From a virus: a DNA stretch of 64,000 nucleotides. The stretch lies in the IMG/VR virus record IMGVR_UViG_2579779045_000011; one strand, written 5' to 3'. Positions 8,432-19,693 of the stretch are shown here, piece by piece. The first letter of the stretch is position 1; each line of letters opens with the position of its first letter. Made by a program: the position numbers and the translations under genes. Under the pieces are notes generated by a model. It was given only the letters and a program-made list of their open reading frames with translations, was not told the origin of the DNA and did not search any database.

Positions 8432-11400
8432 CTACCACAGCCCTAATTTAACCCTGACAACATTATTATCATCGTATACCGTAATTAAACTTCCGCTTAA
8501 CACCATTCTCGCGCCATTAGGCTTAGTAGGATCCTTATAGGTCGTTAAAGTTCCCAACTCACCAGCAATCGCGCTCAATTTATCGACTTTAAACAGTTCA
8601 GCTGTTAAAGACTTCGCTTTGAAGTTTGCTGCGGTCAAATTTTTAATAAATACATCACTATTCATAATGACCTGATTGTCTTGAATTATGAACGGCATAT
8701 ATTTAGTAGAAGAAGTACCTGTTGTGAAAAAAATTCTATCAGCTTGGAAACCTATAGAAGTTCGGACAGTTCCATTATTTTGTTCACTTACCATGGATAA
8801 ACCAGAGAAAACACCGTTGTTATCCATTCCCATTACGTACTTACCTTTCACACCATCGATCAAATCAGCTTGTGATTTAAGCTTGATAGCATTTTGGCCG
8901 TAAACAGAAACCAAAGTTTGTAATGCACCAGCATATGCTCCCACATCAGTTGTATATGTGGTTTTGAAATTTTCAAAATCAGCAATGTTGTCAGCATCTT
9001 CAATATCGATAAAGTCTAGATCCACTTCACCAGCTTTACCGGAATAGTTACCAATGAATACTGGTGTAAAGAAAGCAGCTTTATTAGCAAATGTTTTAGG
9101 GCTTAGTAGAGTGCCAGCACCTGCACTTGCACCAGCAGATCGCCCCTTAAAATAAGCAGTACCGGTTATCCAAGTTCCCAACGCTGGTGCGGTACCTGCG
9201 ACTAAATAGTGACTTGAACCGATATCATTGATTTCAGAGTTATCTTGAGCAATATATTTTGTTTTATTGGCGTTTTGACAGGTCGCACCAACATAAACAA
9301 CTCCGGTACCACTTACACGGCGGAATCTATACTTAACTCGGTAATATTTATTGTCATCGATAGGCAAAGATGTGAACCAATTTAACCAGGCTTCATCATT
9401 ACCTACGTTATTACCAATTCTTAGTGCATATCCCCCACGACAAGTTGCATCTGCAACTAAACTAAGTTCAGGCCTATTCCCACTTGGAGTTTTTACTAAC
9501 CAATCTTTTTGCCATGTTTCGAGTACTGAAGCCATGATCTTTTGACCATTTGCAGAATACAGTGCAGACATTCTTTCTGTTGAAGATGCGATTGCTTCAT
9601 TCGTCTTGGTAGACGTCATGTAATCACGCTCTAATGTTGCTTTTGTAGTAGAAGCTATGTCCTTGGCAGTATCAGCTATTTCTTTAGCCTTCTCCGAGAT
9701 TGCACGTACTAATGCTTGTCGTGCGTTGTGCACGTTCGCAAAGTTAGTAATGAACTGGTTTCGGTCAATCGTACTAGTTACATTCATATTTGCGAATAAA
9801 GCTGCTAAATATGTATTTAAAGTACTGAATGCCGTTGCATAGGCAGTAGAAGATATACCATAAGTGACTGCCTCAGCTCGCAAGCTTGCATCAGTTTGAT
9901 AAAGTGTATCCCAAACCAACTTCGCCTGTTTTTTCTCAACTGGTGTGAGTTTATTATCAGCTGCAATATCACTTAATTGAGACATTGGAACATCTACTTT
10001 GGCTTGTGAACCTGCAGTGGTTTCCATCATTGAAGTCACTGTAAACGGCGTAACTGACTTATAAACTGATAAATCCGTTTCAATGGCCGCCGTCCAGCCA
10101 TCTTTAAAGTAATCTGGCGGATTTGTATGAGTAATAGTGGCCGACTCAACTGTAATTGCTGGGTAAGACCAAGCATCTTTTTTGGTAATTAAGATACACA
10201 CCTTATTATTGCTATCTAAAGCTAGAGCCAGGCCTTTAGTCGTAGCATTATTTTCATCTAAGGTAATACCAAAAGAACGTGACGTCATATTTGGATAAAA
10301 TGGCACTGTTGACGTATAAGCATAAAATGCCAAATCCAGATCGAAAATATTATCTTCTTTGTTATTGTAGTTATAACCAGAAATTTTAACCTTGGTCATG
10401 TACGCACCAACTGTAATTGGTGTCTTAATAACCAATGTACCCGAAGTAGTGATTGCTTGACGCCAAGTTAAAGGCTTAACGAAAATTTTCCCTGCACCTG
10501 AACTCAATGGCTGCACACTCATAGCATTGGTATATTCAGAAGTAATTTTCTGTGAAGATGCTGCAATTGCACGCTCAACATTAGTATTTGTTATATCCGC
10601 ATTCAAAATATAAGCGCCGTTTTTACTGTCTAATTTTGAAGACATTTCAGTAAGTTTGGCAGCCCAAGTTTCTTTGAAGTTCGTTAATGTTGATATAGAG
10701 TCTGTGGCTGAAGAAACAAAGTCCTGTAAAGTCGGGTCAGCTGAAGCGTAATCAGTAACGTCATATTGCTCGATTTGGGCTAAGGTCCAAACTAAAGGCG
10801 CAGTAGCTGTTGGTGTAGATCCTCCCGCCACATAAACATGTCCTGAGTTAGAGAAAGAACCTACAGCACCACATTTAATCATTCGAATATATGTTTCGAA
10901 TTTGCCTGTACCCTCAGTATTGCCAATGAATCGATCAATTGCCCCTGTCCCCATTGCGTTACCAGCATTCACCAATTTATATCCAACTGGTAGCTTGATT
11001 AAATACTTGATAACAAAAACAGCATTTGCACGGCCATAAACGAGTTGAACAAATCCACCCCATGTTGGGCTGGCAGCACCAATGGTTTTAATTTCAATTT
11101 CATGGGTTGAGGTAGTAGGGTTATCAGAACTTTTCGCGACTCGAGTAACTGTCACATTCCCATTGCCGGCATTGTTATAGACAGATACACCATTGTTACC
11201 TTTTTTGAAATTTACGTCTCCCTGCAACAATTTTCCATTAGTAATCATCATCGCCAGCATTGTTGTGTTTTCTAATGCGGAACCAAGATTATTTGTACTT
11301 GTTTGAAGCTGAGAAATTTCAGTATTTCTAAGTGTAGCTAGATCCTTTGATGTTTGGTCAGCTGTAGCTTTTGTTGTTTTTACTACAGAAGATAAACCAC

Positions 11401-14400
11401 CAGGTACAGTTGCATCATATTGTTGGATTTGCTGAGCTATAACTCCCTTATTAACATCAGCCTTGATAAAAGTATCTTCAACAAATTGAGCATTTTGTTT
11501 TAGAGATGATCTAAATCCGCCTTTAAAATTTGGCGCTGAATTACCTCGGCTGATAAACATATTAGTTACAGTAAATGTTCCACCAGATGGAGCATTATCA
11601 AACCGTAAACCTAGTGGAATAGCTTCATAAGCAGAGGCTTTTAAATCATTTGGGAAAATACCAGTAAGTTCTATTTCACCACTTGCAGCTACAACAAACG
11701 AAGGTAACCCAACACTATAAGTTGCACCATGAAATTGAATACTACATGTAGCGCCAACTAATCCTGCAGTTGCTGTGTATTTGATTCTCGCAACTATTGG
11801 ATCACCTTTATCAATTGGAATTTCCTTGTGTTTATATTGCAGTTCCCAAACAGCTACAGTTCGGTTTGTACCAGTAGAAATACTTAAATTTTTAGTATCA
11901 TCACCAAGTAAAATCCAGTTCTCTTCTGAGTAACGTAAAGTATCAAGTTGTGCTTTAAAAACTTTGATTTCCTCAGCAAATACTTCTTTCGCATCAGATC
12001 TTGTAATTTTTTCTTGAAGAATTTGTGCGTGGTTTTCTAAAACCTTTTGTAAGTTTCCACTATTGTTTGCCAGACCAATCGGGATACCACTAACTACTTG
12101 GATTGCAAGCATGATTTGCTTAGCCCCATTTGGTCCAGTATCTGGTGTTGCATGCAATTCTATACCACGACCTGAACCAATCCCCTTCTGACCAACTAAA
12201 ATGTATGCATCCCGACCCGTTATTTGATCAAGTGTGAATGGATTGGCACCTAATGAAATTAATGCATTCTTAACTGGTGCTAGGTTTACACCAATACTGT
12301 CGTAGTTTGTAACGATAACAAAGGTGTCATTTGGAATCGCAGAAATAGCGTTACTCATTGCCGTAGCATTTGCTACAGCTGCATAAGTATCATATCTAGT
12401 TGAAGAAGCTATAGAACCATCAGCTGCTAAAACATGGACTGAAAAACCACGTGCTGAAGCTACTGATTTGATTTCACCTTTTAAGTTTTTAATCCCTGTG
12501 AAAAAGCCATTCCAGCCACATGAATAAACACGGTAATTGAAAACTTGACCAAGGTCCTGATTTAATTGTTTATAACTTGATTCCAAGTTATTAATAGACT
12601 GTGTAGTGTTCTGTTGATTATCACTAATAGTTGAATTAATTTCCTGAAACTTACCATCTACAGCAGTTTTATTATTGTCTACAGTAGATTTTAAAGTCGC
12701 ATAATTCTCTGCAAGTGAAGTAATCTTTTCACCGTTTTTTTGAACATCAGCTTTAGTACCTTCAATTGCAGAAGCATTAGCTTCAAGATCCTTAATTAGT
12801 TCACGAGGATTTTTTCTAAAACCAGTGGCTAACTCACCTTTTTCAAGTTGCACTTCTCTAATTAAAAAGTCAGGAGCAAAACCTACTTGCGAATATAAAA
12901 TTAAGTTAATATGCTGTAAATTAATAATATTTGTATCAAAGGTATAAGTACATAATGTTTCTTTATCAGTCGAAATGTTATTCCATGTAGTACCAATTTG
13001 GTTATTACGACCTGATGAATCTCGACGGTGTATAATTAATAAAATTTGAGTCTGTGCAGCTGTCAACGACATTGCTTTAAATGACAATGTGTACTTCTGA
13101 TTCATCTCTAAACCATCTGCCAATGTCAGAGTTTCAATAAACCCTTTAAAGTATGTAGTTGTATCAGTAGATTTAAAGTGCCCCCAAGTAGCACCTTTTG
13201 AATCTTTATAAACTTCAAGTAGATTACCTGCCACAGCAGAATTTTGACGCCAATTTAAGGTGCCTAAAGGGCTTGAGAAATCACCATTTTTAATTATGTT
13301 GTCACCACCACTTGAAGAAATAGCAGCTTTGATAATTTTGCTCTCTTCAGCAATAGCTTGGTTAGTTTCTGTTTTGGTGTAGCGAGTACTATCTAGTGTT
13401 GCTGAACTATTAGTCCACAAATCGCCAAATTTTTGACGAAATTTAGCTTCAAGGGTTTCAGTTGCAGAAGTTATTGCTTGAGCAGTATCTGCTTTAGAAG
13501 AGTAATCCTTAATTAGAGTTGAAGTACTTACCTTATCATTTAACGCTTTATTATTACCTTCATAAACTTCTACCCAATGCACTGTAGTAGTGGCATTAGC
13601 ATTTGCTGAAGAATTTGGAAAACAATAAAAATTAACAACAGTTGCGTCTGTTCTAGAAATTGTAGTTAAGGTAAATTCGTAGATATCTTTACTAGCTGAA
13701 AAAATAGGTGCATCTGCATTAAATACATTACCTCCGCCAATATATACACGCAAATTGGCTGCATTGTTCCCTCCATTATCAAAGGTAACTTTTGCTCTGA
13801 CGGTAACAGTAATACCAGGTGCATTTAAACTTTTTGCTAAGGGATATGATACTTGTAAATAACCACCCGTTTTACTTTTTTCGACATTACCCCCGATAAC
13901 GATGTTGTCAAAAGACTTACCACCGATACTTGTTTTCAATGCTTCGGTCGCAGTTGATATTGCGCTATCAACATCAGATTTAGTCATCCGGTCGGAAATT
14001 TGTTTAGCCTGTGCAGCCAAACCATTTACAGGATCATTAATTGTTGATTCTAAGTTTTGAGTTTTTTTAGCTAAAGCAGTACTTTCAGTAACATACGTTT
14101 GTTTAAATTCATTTAAATTTGCTGATACTTGATCGAATGCTGCATTGAAGTCGTAAGGACTTGCAATCCAATTATCTGTAGTTATGAAATCCCCTTTAAC
14201 TAACACAGCCCAATACACAGTACCAACACTTTGCTTGTCTGCAGTTGGTCTGCTAAGCATATAAAAGTTAACTTCTTTGGCGGTACCAGCTGAAGTCTTC
14301 GTAAAAGTAATTTTGCTTATTACCTTACCTGAAGTGTTAATAACCTGCTGTAAAAACTGACTTCCTCCACCAGCATATACAGCTAAATTTGAGTTTGTGT

Positions 14401-17400
14401 CACCAGCACCACGTGTATGCTCTGCACACCAAAGAAGAGTGTACTTTGCTCCTACTTCCCAGTCTTCACCAAGCTTATAGCGTAAATGAGGATATGAAAC
14501 GCCATCGTAGTTTCCAACTACGTTAGAGTTAATCAACAAGTTCGTACCAGCCGGTGCGGACTTGTTAAGATTTGCAGATAAAGTATTAGCCTGTTCAGTA
14601 ACAGCTTTAATCTGACCAGCTTGTTCAGTAACTTGTGAATTTGTAGTTTGTAATGCTTCAGTTGACGCTTTTTTACTTACTTCGGTATTGGTTATAGTTA
14701 GATCATTTCTAAGTTTTGAAATATCTAAACTTTGAGAAGATAAACTATCACCATGCTTCTTCACTTCAGCTTGAGTAAGCTTAATCGCTTCCGCATTTGC
14801 ATTTAATGAACTTTGAGTATCTCGAGGGCTTGGGCTCCACGCTGTAGCTTTATTACCTGCTTCGATCTGCAATTTTTGAATTGTTGGAATTCGACCAGTG
14901 CCATATGTACCGTAAAACTCAATAGTCGATTCGGTTGTGCTGCCAGTGTGTAATTTAGGAAACACGGTAACTTCAAATTTTTGAAATTCATTTGCTTTAG
15001 TGACTGTAACAGAAGTTGTGAAGAAGTGAGCTGATCCATTAGATGAATATACTTGTACAGTTCCAGCAACCGGTACACTCACTTCAAATGAAATCGTAAC
15101 CGGCTTATCTAAATTTTCATCATAAAAAGCTTTCAACTCTTTGCTACGTTCATACATTAAGTATTCACGGCTTGTTGCTGCTGTGGATGTTCGAGGTGCT
15201 TCTGAATTGGCTACGGCGTTAACACCACCAATCTTAATGTTATTCACTGCAGCTGTAATATCAGTCGCCACACGCCCCATGGCACTTTCAAGATCACTCT
15301 TTGTAGCTGTTTTCGATAAAGCTTGGGCATTGCTCAGAATACCTGTTTCTGCGTTCTGCATTCTTGATTCAAGCTTAGTGGTTCTTTCAGCTTCAGCTTC
15401 TGTTCTGTTAGTTGCTGTTTTGAATAAATCATTTGCAGTTGCTGTTGCATCATTAGCAGAAGCTAAAGAGTTGTTATCTTCAACAATAATGTAATTAAGC
15501 TGACAAATTCCTGTCTGAAAGTTGTAGTTAGCAATAAACATTGGGGCATAAAATTCAGCCTGTGCTGGGAATGTGCGTGGATTTTCAATTGTCCCTAAAC
15601 CAGTTGCTGCCCCAGTAGACTTACCTTTCATGTATAGAACTACTTCTTGCCACTCACCTAAATTAGGTTTAATGGCTGACAATAAGTAGTTAGACGAACC
15701 CATATCTCCTGCAAGGGAGTTTGTAGTAGTTACATATTTACTTTGGTCTGCATTTTTACATGCAACACCAAGATAAATAGATCCAGTTTCCCCAAGCACA
15801 CGGCGGAAGCGTGCACGCACTCGATACAACTTATTTGGATCAATTTTTTGGAACTCGTTCCAGTGAACCCATGCTTCATCATTACCGGCATTATTCCCAA
15901 GCTCAAGAATATAACCACCTAATGCATCAGCATCTTGAATTACTTTCGCTTCACCTGTGGTACGCCACTGTGTCCAGTCGTCAATACCTTTTGACGTTAC
16001 GACTGCACGAACCCCTGACGTTACTTGAGTTTGAGACTTTAGGCTTAATAAATTTTGAGAAAGTGCTTCTGTAGCTTTTACCGCCGTTGTACCTGTTTGC
16101 TGCGCTTCTGCTGCATTATCGAAAGCAAGTTTAGCAATATCATCAGTAGTTTTAAGTGATGATGAAAGGCCATTTATTCTTGTATTTGTATTACTTTCTA
16201 AGGTCGAAACACTTTTTTGAACATCAGTAATTTGACCTTGTACCTTTAAGTTTTCTTTAGAGATACTTGTATCAAGTTCACTAAATTTTGAAGTAGTAGA
16301 CTGTTCAAATTCGGCGAGCGACTCAGTAACTTCTAGAATATTTGCATTAGATTTCCGATCAGCCTCTTCTAGAGCTGCTTTCGTTTGGTCGATGCGTAAA
16401 GATAAGGCTTTATCACCATCAGAAACTGATTGAGCAATTGTTGCTAAATCTGACGTTGTTTTAGTTTTATTCGAATTATAGTCGGTTTTTAGTTCTTCAA
16501 GTTTTTTTGCTTCTGAAACAAGCTTTTCATCAACAAGTTTTACAGATGATTCAACCTTTTCGATATATGAAGCATTTCCAGTAATTTGATCACGCCATGC
16601 TTTTGGAATGGTGTCATTAAGTGCAGTAATGTCCCAGACTTCATAATCGGCAAGGATTACATCCACTGGGTTTGCTGTGCTTGGTAAAGGTGGATTAGTG
16701 CCAGCAATAACACGGAAATGCCCATGGATAGCTGCAGGCGCATCATAGCCACACTGAACAACAGAGTAATAAACCTCAAACTTACCTGTTCCTTCCTTAT
16801 TCCCAAGTACACGTAAATAACCACCTGTACCTGTAGCATTGCCAACTGGTAATAAATAAGTGCCCATAGGCATTTTAATAATTTGTTTTATTAAAAACGT
16901 TTTATTAGGAGCAGCAACAAGAGTTGGAACAGTCGGATACCAGCCACCACCTAGAGAAACAGTGGATCTTAATAGCATCTCATGGGTACTATTTACTGGG
17001 TTATCAGTAGATTTAGCTTGTCTAGTAAACGTTGAACCTGAAGGTACAACATATGCGCTTAACCCCCCATTCCCAGATAGAAATGTAGGATCGTCACGTA
17101 AAGGCTTACCAAGTGATTGCATTCGCGCTAACTCAGTAGCATTTAACAAGCTTGCATTAGTGGTATCTAAACTTGCTTGAATTTGATCAGTCTTTTCAGC
17201 AACAGATTTACCAAGATCAACTACTGTACGTTCAACATTATTAATTGCCGCTTTGTTATCACCAATTTGAGACTGGGCAGTACTAATTTGTTCAGTAAAA
17301 GCTCTATCTTGAGCAGCAAGGGTTTTTATTTCTTCTGAAATTAGGGCATTTGATTTACCCAATTCAGTTTGCATTTCAGCAAACTTAAGCTCAAAACTTT

Positions 17401-18790
17401 TTGTTAATGCCTCTTTATCATTTGCACGTGCTTCAGCTTCAGCTAGAAAACCCGAATCGACTTTCTTATCAAGGTCAACATACTGGGCTGCAACTTGATC
17501 AACTTTTTTAACTGCAGCTTCAGTTTGGGTTACAACCGGTTCAATTTTTTGATTAATGAGTGTATTAGTTTCTTCACCTAATGCTAATTTAGCGTCATCA
17601 ATCATTTGACCAGCTTTAACTAAGTTTTGATCAATGTCTTGTTTTAAGGCGGCCTTAGTTTGATCAATAACATTTAGTGTGTCAGCTGCTTGTTTTTTAC
17701 GGTCCAGAACTTCTTGATCCGCAATTTTTTTTGCGTTTTCTGCGACTAACCGAATTTCATTTGAATCACTTCTTACATCAGCAATGATTGAATCTGTTTC
17801 ACTTTTAATAAAACCGATTTTATCATCGAGTTCTTTCTCAGCACGAATTGCACGTTGTTGAGCATCAGCAACCAATGCTTCATTAGCTTGAATAGACTGA
17901 TCGATACGTTGATTGGCTTCATCCAATCGTAGATTAGCCTCATTATTATGTTGATCTACAATTAATTTAGTATTATTTATTTCTTGATCTATATAAGCAC
18001 GAACTTCATCGACTTTATTTTGAGCGATCTGATTAACTTCTTTAACTTGTTCATGAATCTTTTGAACTTCCTCATCAAAATGTTTCATTCCTTCTTCAAG
18101 CAATTTAAAAGCATCAGAATCTTTAATATTTTCTATTAATTCTTCTACTTCCTTTATTTTTTCATCAATCTCTTGGCTTACTTGATCTTTAGTTTCATCA
18201 ATTTTTTCGCCTTGTTCTTTTAACTCTTCCTTTAAACTTTCTAATTTATTAAGAGCATCTTTAAATGCACCCTCAATAGCTTTAGGGTCAATAGGCACAC
18301 CTGCAACCGTAAGCGTTGTGCCAACTGCCATACTACCCGCTACAGCACTATTGCCCGCAACTGAAGTATTACCCACTACAGTGCTATTTCCCGTTAATGT
18401 GCTATTACCAGTTTGTTGAGTATTAGCTTGTACATTCATTAACGGCGTTTTGATCGAAACGGTTGTGCCAGAATCTACTTTTAAATTTTCTTTAGAGATA
18501 AATTCAATATTGTCTTGTCGAATACGGCGCACACCTACAATCGCGCCGTCTCCGTGACTGACATAACTATGGATTACTGGACGTTCTTCATTACCATTTT
18601 CAAAGAAGACATAGACGTCTTCCCCATCCACAATTTGAATTTCTGTATCTAAATCACTATCGCCGACTGGATAAGCAAAAGTTGCTGTAATTCCTTCACT
18701 CGCGCCATCAGTTAAACCATGAATGTGTACTTGTGCAGTACGACCTTTTGCGTTGTAACTTAAAATCTTTGCACGTTTTAAACCATTCAT
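8432..18790 (-). CDS. Giant (3452 aa) baseplate-spike / central tail-fibre fusion protein
   Basis: N-terminal gpV/gp5-like OB fold and VxGNS beta-helix repeats; coiled coils separating carbohydrate-binding-like beta domains; ILEI-like segment (GRDAYILVGQKG); J/DUF1983-like C-terminus (DNNGVFSG...FQADRIFF...RVKLGLW). Confidence 0.85.
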   Translation of the reverse strand: MNGLKRAKILSYNAKGRTAQVHIHGLTDGASEGITATFAYPVGDSDLDTEIQIVDGEDVYVFFENGNEERPVIHSYVSHGDGAIVGVRRIRQDNIEFISKENLKVDSGTTVSIKTPLMNVQANTQQTGNSTLTGNSTVVGNTSVAGNSAVAGSMAVGTTLTVAGVPIDPKAIEGAFKDALNKLESLKEELKEQGEKIDETKDQVSQEIDEKIKEVEELIENIKDSDAFKLLEEGMKHFDEEVQKIHEQVKEVNQIAQNKVDEVRAYIDQEINNTKLIVDQHNNEANLRLDEANQRIDQSIQANEALVADAQQRAIRAEKELDDKIGFIKSETDSIIADVRSDSNEIRLVAENAKKIADQEVLDRKKQAADTLNVIDQTKAALKQDIDQNLVKAGQMIDDAKLALGEETNTLINQKIEPVVTQTEAAVKKVDQVAAQYVDLDKKVDSGFLAEAEARANDKEALTKSFELKFAEMQTELGKSNALISEEIKTLAAQDRAFTEQISTAQSQIGDNKAAINNVERTVVDLGKSVAEKTDQIQASLDTTNASLLNATELARMQSLGKPLRDDPTFLSGNGGLSAYVVPSGSTFTRQAKSTDNPVNSTHEMLLRSTVSLGGGWYPTVPTLVAAPNKTFLIKQIIKMPMGTYLLPVGNATGTGGYLRVLGNKEGTGKFEVYYSVVQCGYDAPAAIHGHFRVIAGTNPPLPSTANPVDVILADYEVWDITALNDTIPKAWRDQITGNASYIEKVESSVKLVDEKLVSEAKKLEELKTDYNSNKTKTTSDLATIAQSVSDGDKALSLRIDQTKAALEEADRKSNANILEVTESLAEFEQSTTSKFSELDTSISKENLKVQGQITDVQKSVSTLESNTNTRINGLSSSLKTTDDIAKLAFDNAAEAQQTGTTAVKATEALSQNLLSLKSQTQVTSGVRAVVTSKGIDDWTQWRTTGEAKVIQDADALGGYILELGNNAGNDEAWVHWNEFQKIDPNKLYRVRARFRRVLGETGSIYLGVACKNADQSKYVTTTNSLAGDMGSSNYLLSAIKPNLGEWQEVVLYMKGKSTGAATGLGTIENPRTFPAQAEFYAPMFIANYNFQTGICQLNYIIVEDNNSLASANDATATANDLFKTATNRTEAEAERTTKLESRMQNAETGILSNAQALSKTATKSDLESAMGRVATDITAAVNNIKIGGVNAVANSEAPRTSTAATSREYLMYERSKELKAFYDENLDKPVTISFEVSVPVAGTVQVYSSNGSAHFFTTSVTVTKANEFQKFEVTVFPKLHTGSTTESTIEFYGTYGTGRIPTIQKLQIEAGNKATAWSPSPRDTQSSLNANAEAIKLTQAEVKKHGDSLSSQSLDISKLRNDLTITNTEVSKKASTEALQTTNSQVTEQAGQIKAVTEQANTLSANLNKSAPAGTNLLINSNVVGNYDGVSYPHLRYKLGEDWEVGAKYTLLWCAEHTRGAGDTNSNLAVYAGGGSQFLQQVINTSGKVISKITFTKTSAGTAKEVNFYMLSRPTADKQSVGTVYWAVLVKGDFITTDNWIASPYDFNAAFDQVSANLNEFKQTYVTESTALAKKTQNLESTINDPVNGLAAQAKQISDRMTKSDVDSAISTATEALKTSIGGKSFDNIVIGGNVEKSKTGGYLQVSYPLAKSLNAPGITVTVRAKVTFDNGGNNAANLRVYIGGGNVFNADAPIFSASKDIYEFTLTTISRTDATVVNFYCFPNSSANANATTTVHWVEVYEGNNKALNDKVSTSTLIKDYSSKADTAQAITSATETLEAKFRQKFGDLWTNSSATLDSTRYTKTETNQAIAEESKIIKAAISSSGGDNIIKNGDFSSPLGTLNWRQNSAVAGNLLEVYKDSKGATWGHFKSTDTTTYFKGFIETLTLADGLEMNQKYTLSFKAMSLTAAQTQILLIIHRRDSSGRNNQIGTTWNNISTDKETLCTYTFDTNIINLQHINLILYSQVGFAPDFLIREVQLEKGELATGFRKNPRELIKDLEANASAIEGTKADVQKNGEKITSLAENYATLKSTVDNNKTAVDGKFQEINSTISDNQQNTTQSINNLESSYKQLNQDLGQVFNYRVYSCGWNGFFTGIKNLKGEIKSVASARGFSVHVLAADGSIASSTRYDTYAAVANATAMSNAISAIPNDTFVIVTNYDSIGVNLAPVKNALISLGANPFTLDQITGRDAYILVGQKGIGSGRGIELHATPDTGPNGAKQIMLAIQVVSGIPIGLANNSGNLQKVLENHAQILQEKITRSDAKEVFAEEIKVFKAQLDTLRYSEENWILLGDDTKNLSISTGTNRTVAVWELQYKHKEIPIDKGDPIVARIKYTATAGLVGATCSIQFHGATYSVGLPSFVVAASGEIELTGIFPNDLKASAYEAIPLGLRFDNAPSGGTFTVTNMFISRGNSAPNFKGGFRSSLKQNAQFVEDTFIKADVNKGVIAQQIQQYDATVPGGLSSVVKTTKATADQTSKDLATLRNTEISQLQTSTNNLGSALENTTMLAMMITNGKLLQGDVNFKKGNNGVSVYNNAGNGNVTVTRVAKSSDNPTTSTHEIEIKTIGAASPTWGGFVQLVYGRANAVFVIKYLIKLPVGYKLVNAGNAMGTGAIDRFIGNTEGTGKFETYIRMIKCGAVGSFSNSGHVYVAGGSTPTATAPLVWTLAQIEQYDVTDYASADPTLQDFVSSATDSISTLTNFKETWAAKLTEMSSKLDSKNGAYILNADITNTNVERAIAASSQKITSEYTNAMSVQPLSSGAGKIFVKPLTWRQAITTSGTLVIKTPITVGAYMTKVKISGYNYNNKEDNIFDLDLAFYAYTSTVPFYPNMTSRSFGITLDENNATTKGLALALDSNNKVCILITKKDAWSYPAITVESATITHTNPPDYFKDGWTAAIETDLSVYKSVTPFTVTSMMETTAGSQAKVDVPMSQLSDIAADNKLTPVEKKQAKLVWDTLYQTDASLRAEAVTYGISSTAYATAFSTLNTYLAALFANMNVTSTIDRNQFITNFANVHNARQALVRAISEKAKEIADTAKDIASTTKATLERDYMTSTKTNEAIASSTERMSALYSANGQKIMASVLETWQKDWLVKTPSGNRPELSLVADATCRGGYALRIGNNVGNDEAWLNWFTSLPIDDNKYYRVKYRFRRVSGTGVVYVGATCQNANKTKYIAQDNSEINDIGSSHYLVAGTAPALGTWITGTAYFKGRSAGASAGAGTLLSPKTFANKAAFFTPVFIGNYSGKAGEVDLDFIDIEDADNIADFENFKTTYTTDVGAYAGALQTLVSVYGQNAIKLKSQADLIDGVKGKYVMGMDNNGVFSGLSMVSEQNNGTVRTSIGFQADRIFFTTGTSSTKYMPFIIQDNQVIMNSDVFIKNLTAANFKAKSLTAELFKVDKLSAIAGELGTLTTYKDPTKPNGARMVLSGSLITVYDDNNVVRVKLGLW

Positions 18791-18799
18791 ATATTTGAC

Positions 18800-19693
18800 C
18801 TACAAATTAGCAATCCAGAACTTTGATGAAGTCCCCATTGATCCCCCGATTGCGCCTGTATCTATATGATGTGCAGCAGTTAAAACGACATACTTCTTAC
18901 TATCTATTTCAAATATATCGCCTGCATTCCAGTTCAAATTTAGTGGTCTAATAATGGTCCCACGCATAATCAAAACTTTTTCCAAGTTTTTGACTTGTCG
19001 GGCATCTAAACCAGCTCTTTGCGTCACAGTGTGGCCTGGGGTTATTGAGTCATCACCAACAACCGTTGAACCGTTATTCTCAACTGTGACAAAAGATGAT
19101 TTTTGCATCAGTTCCAAAGGTTTACTTGATATCCAAACGACACTGCTAGGATCTAGTTTTGTGATAGGTTCCTTTTTGAAGAAAGAATCAATTTTTTGAG
19201 CAGACACTTTATTATTTTGAAAGCAAATTACAGCTGCTTCTTGTTGCAGATAATGAGCCAAGCGCTGTGTAGGCATACTACCCTTTAAACAAACAAATTT
19301 AGGCAAAGGTAAATCACTGCCCAGACTGATCGTTGCACCACAAGCTCGAATTACTGAATTAAAAGAAGTTTCATTACTAATAATTGCTTGCTTTGAATAT
19401 TCGATAAGTCTTTTACAACCAGCCAAAATACCAATACATGAGATGCCACCTACTCGCCGATCTTGTTTAATAGTCTGAGTTTTTAGAGGGGTAACTTTGA
19501 TAAGTTCGAAAGGATGAGATATGTCATTTACAGTAAGTAGCTCCCCTTCTTTTAAAAGGGAGTCTAATTCAGTAGTAGATTGAACTGTGAACTCAATAGA
19601 TGCGGGAATAGGTACGAGATCAGTTCTTAAAGTTGCACTAATCAGCTCAGACGCTGGAATAATTTTACCCGCAGATACAATGGTGATTTGCAT
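18800..19693 (-). CDS. Baseplate hub-like protein
   Basis: Immediately upstream of the spike gene; LRTDLVPIP motif as in P1-like tail genes. Confidence 0.6.
   Translation of the reverse strand: MQITIVSAGKIIPASELISATLRTDLVPIPASIEFTVQSTTELDSLLKEGELLTVNDISHPFELIKVTPLKTQTIKQDRRVGGISCIGILAGCKRLIEYSKQAIISNETSFNSVIRACGATISLGSDLPLPKFVCLKGSMPTQRLAHYLQQEAAVICFQNNKVSAQKIDSFFKKEPITKLDPSSVVWISSKPLELMQKSSFVTVENNGSTVVGDDSITPGHTVTQRAGLDARQVKNLEKVLIMRGTIIRPLNLNWNAGDIFEIDSKKYVVLTAAHHIDTGAIGGSMGTSSKFWIANL

Noticed and set aside
8432..18790. Diversity-generating retroelement or invertible tail-fibre cassette
   Set aside because: No reverse transcriptase or invertase in the window; the internal repeats are diverged protein-level duplications
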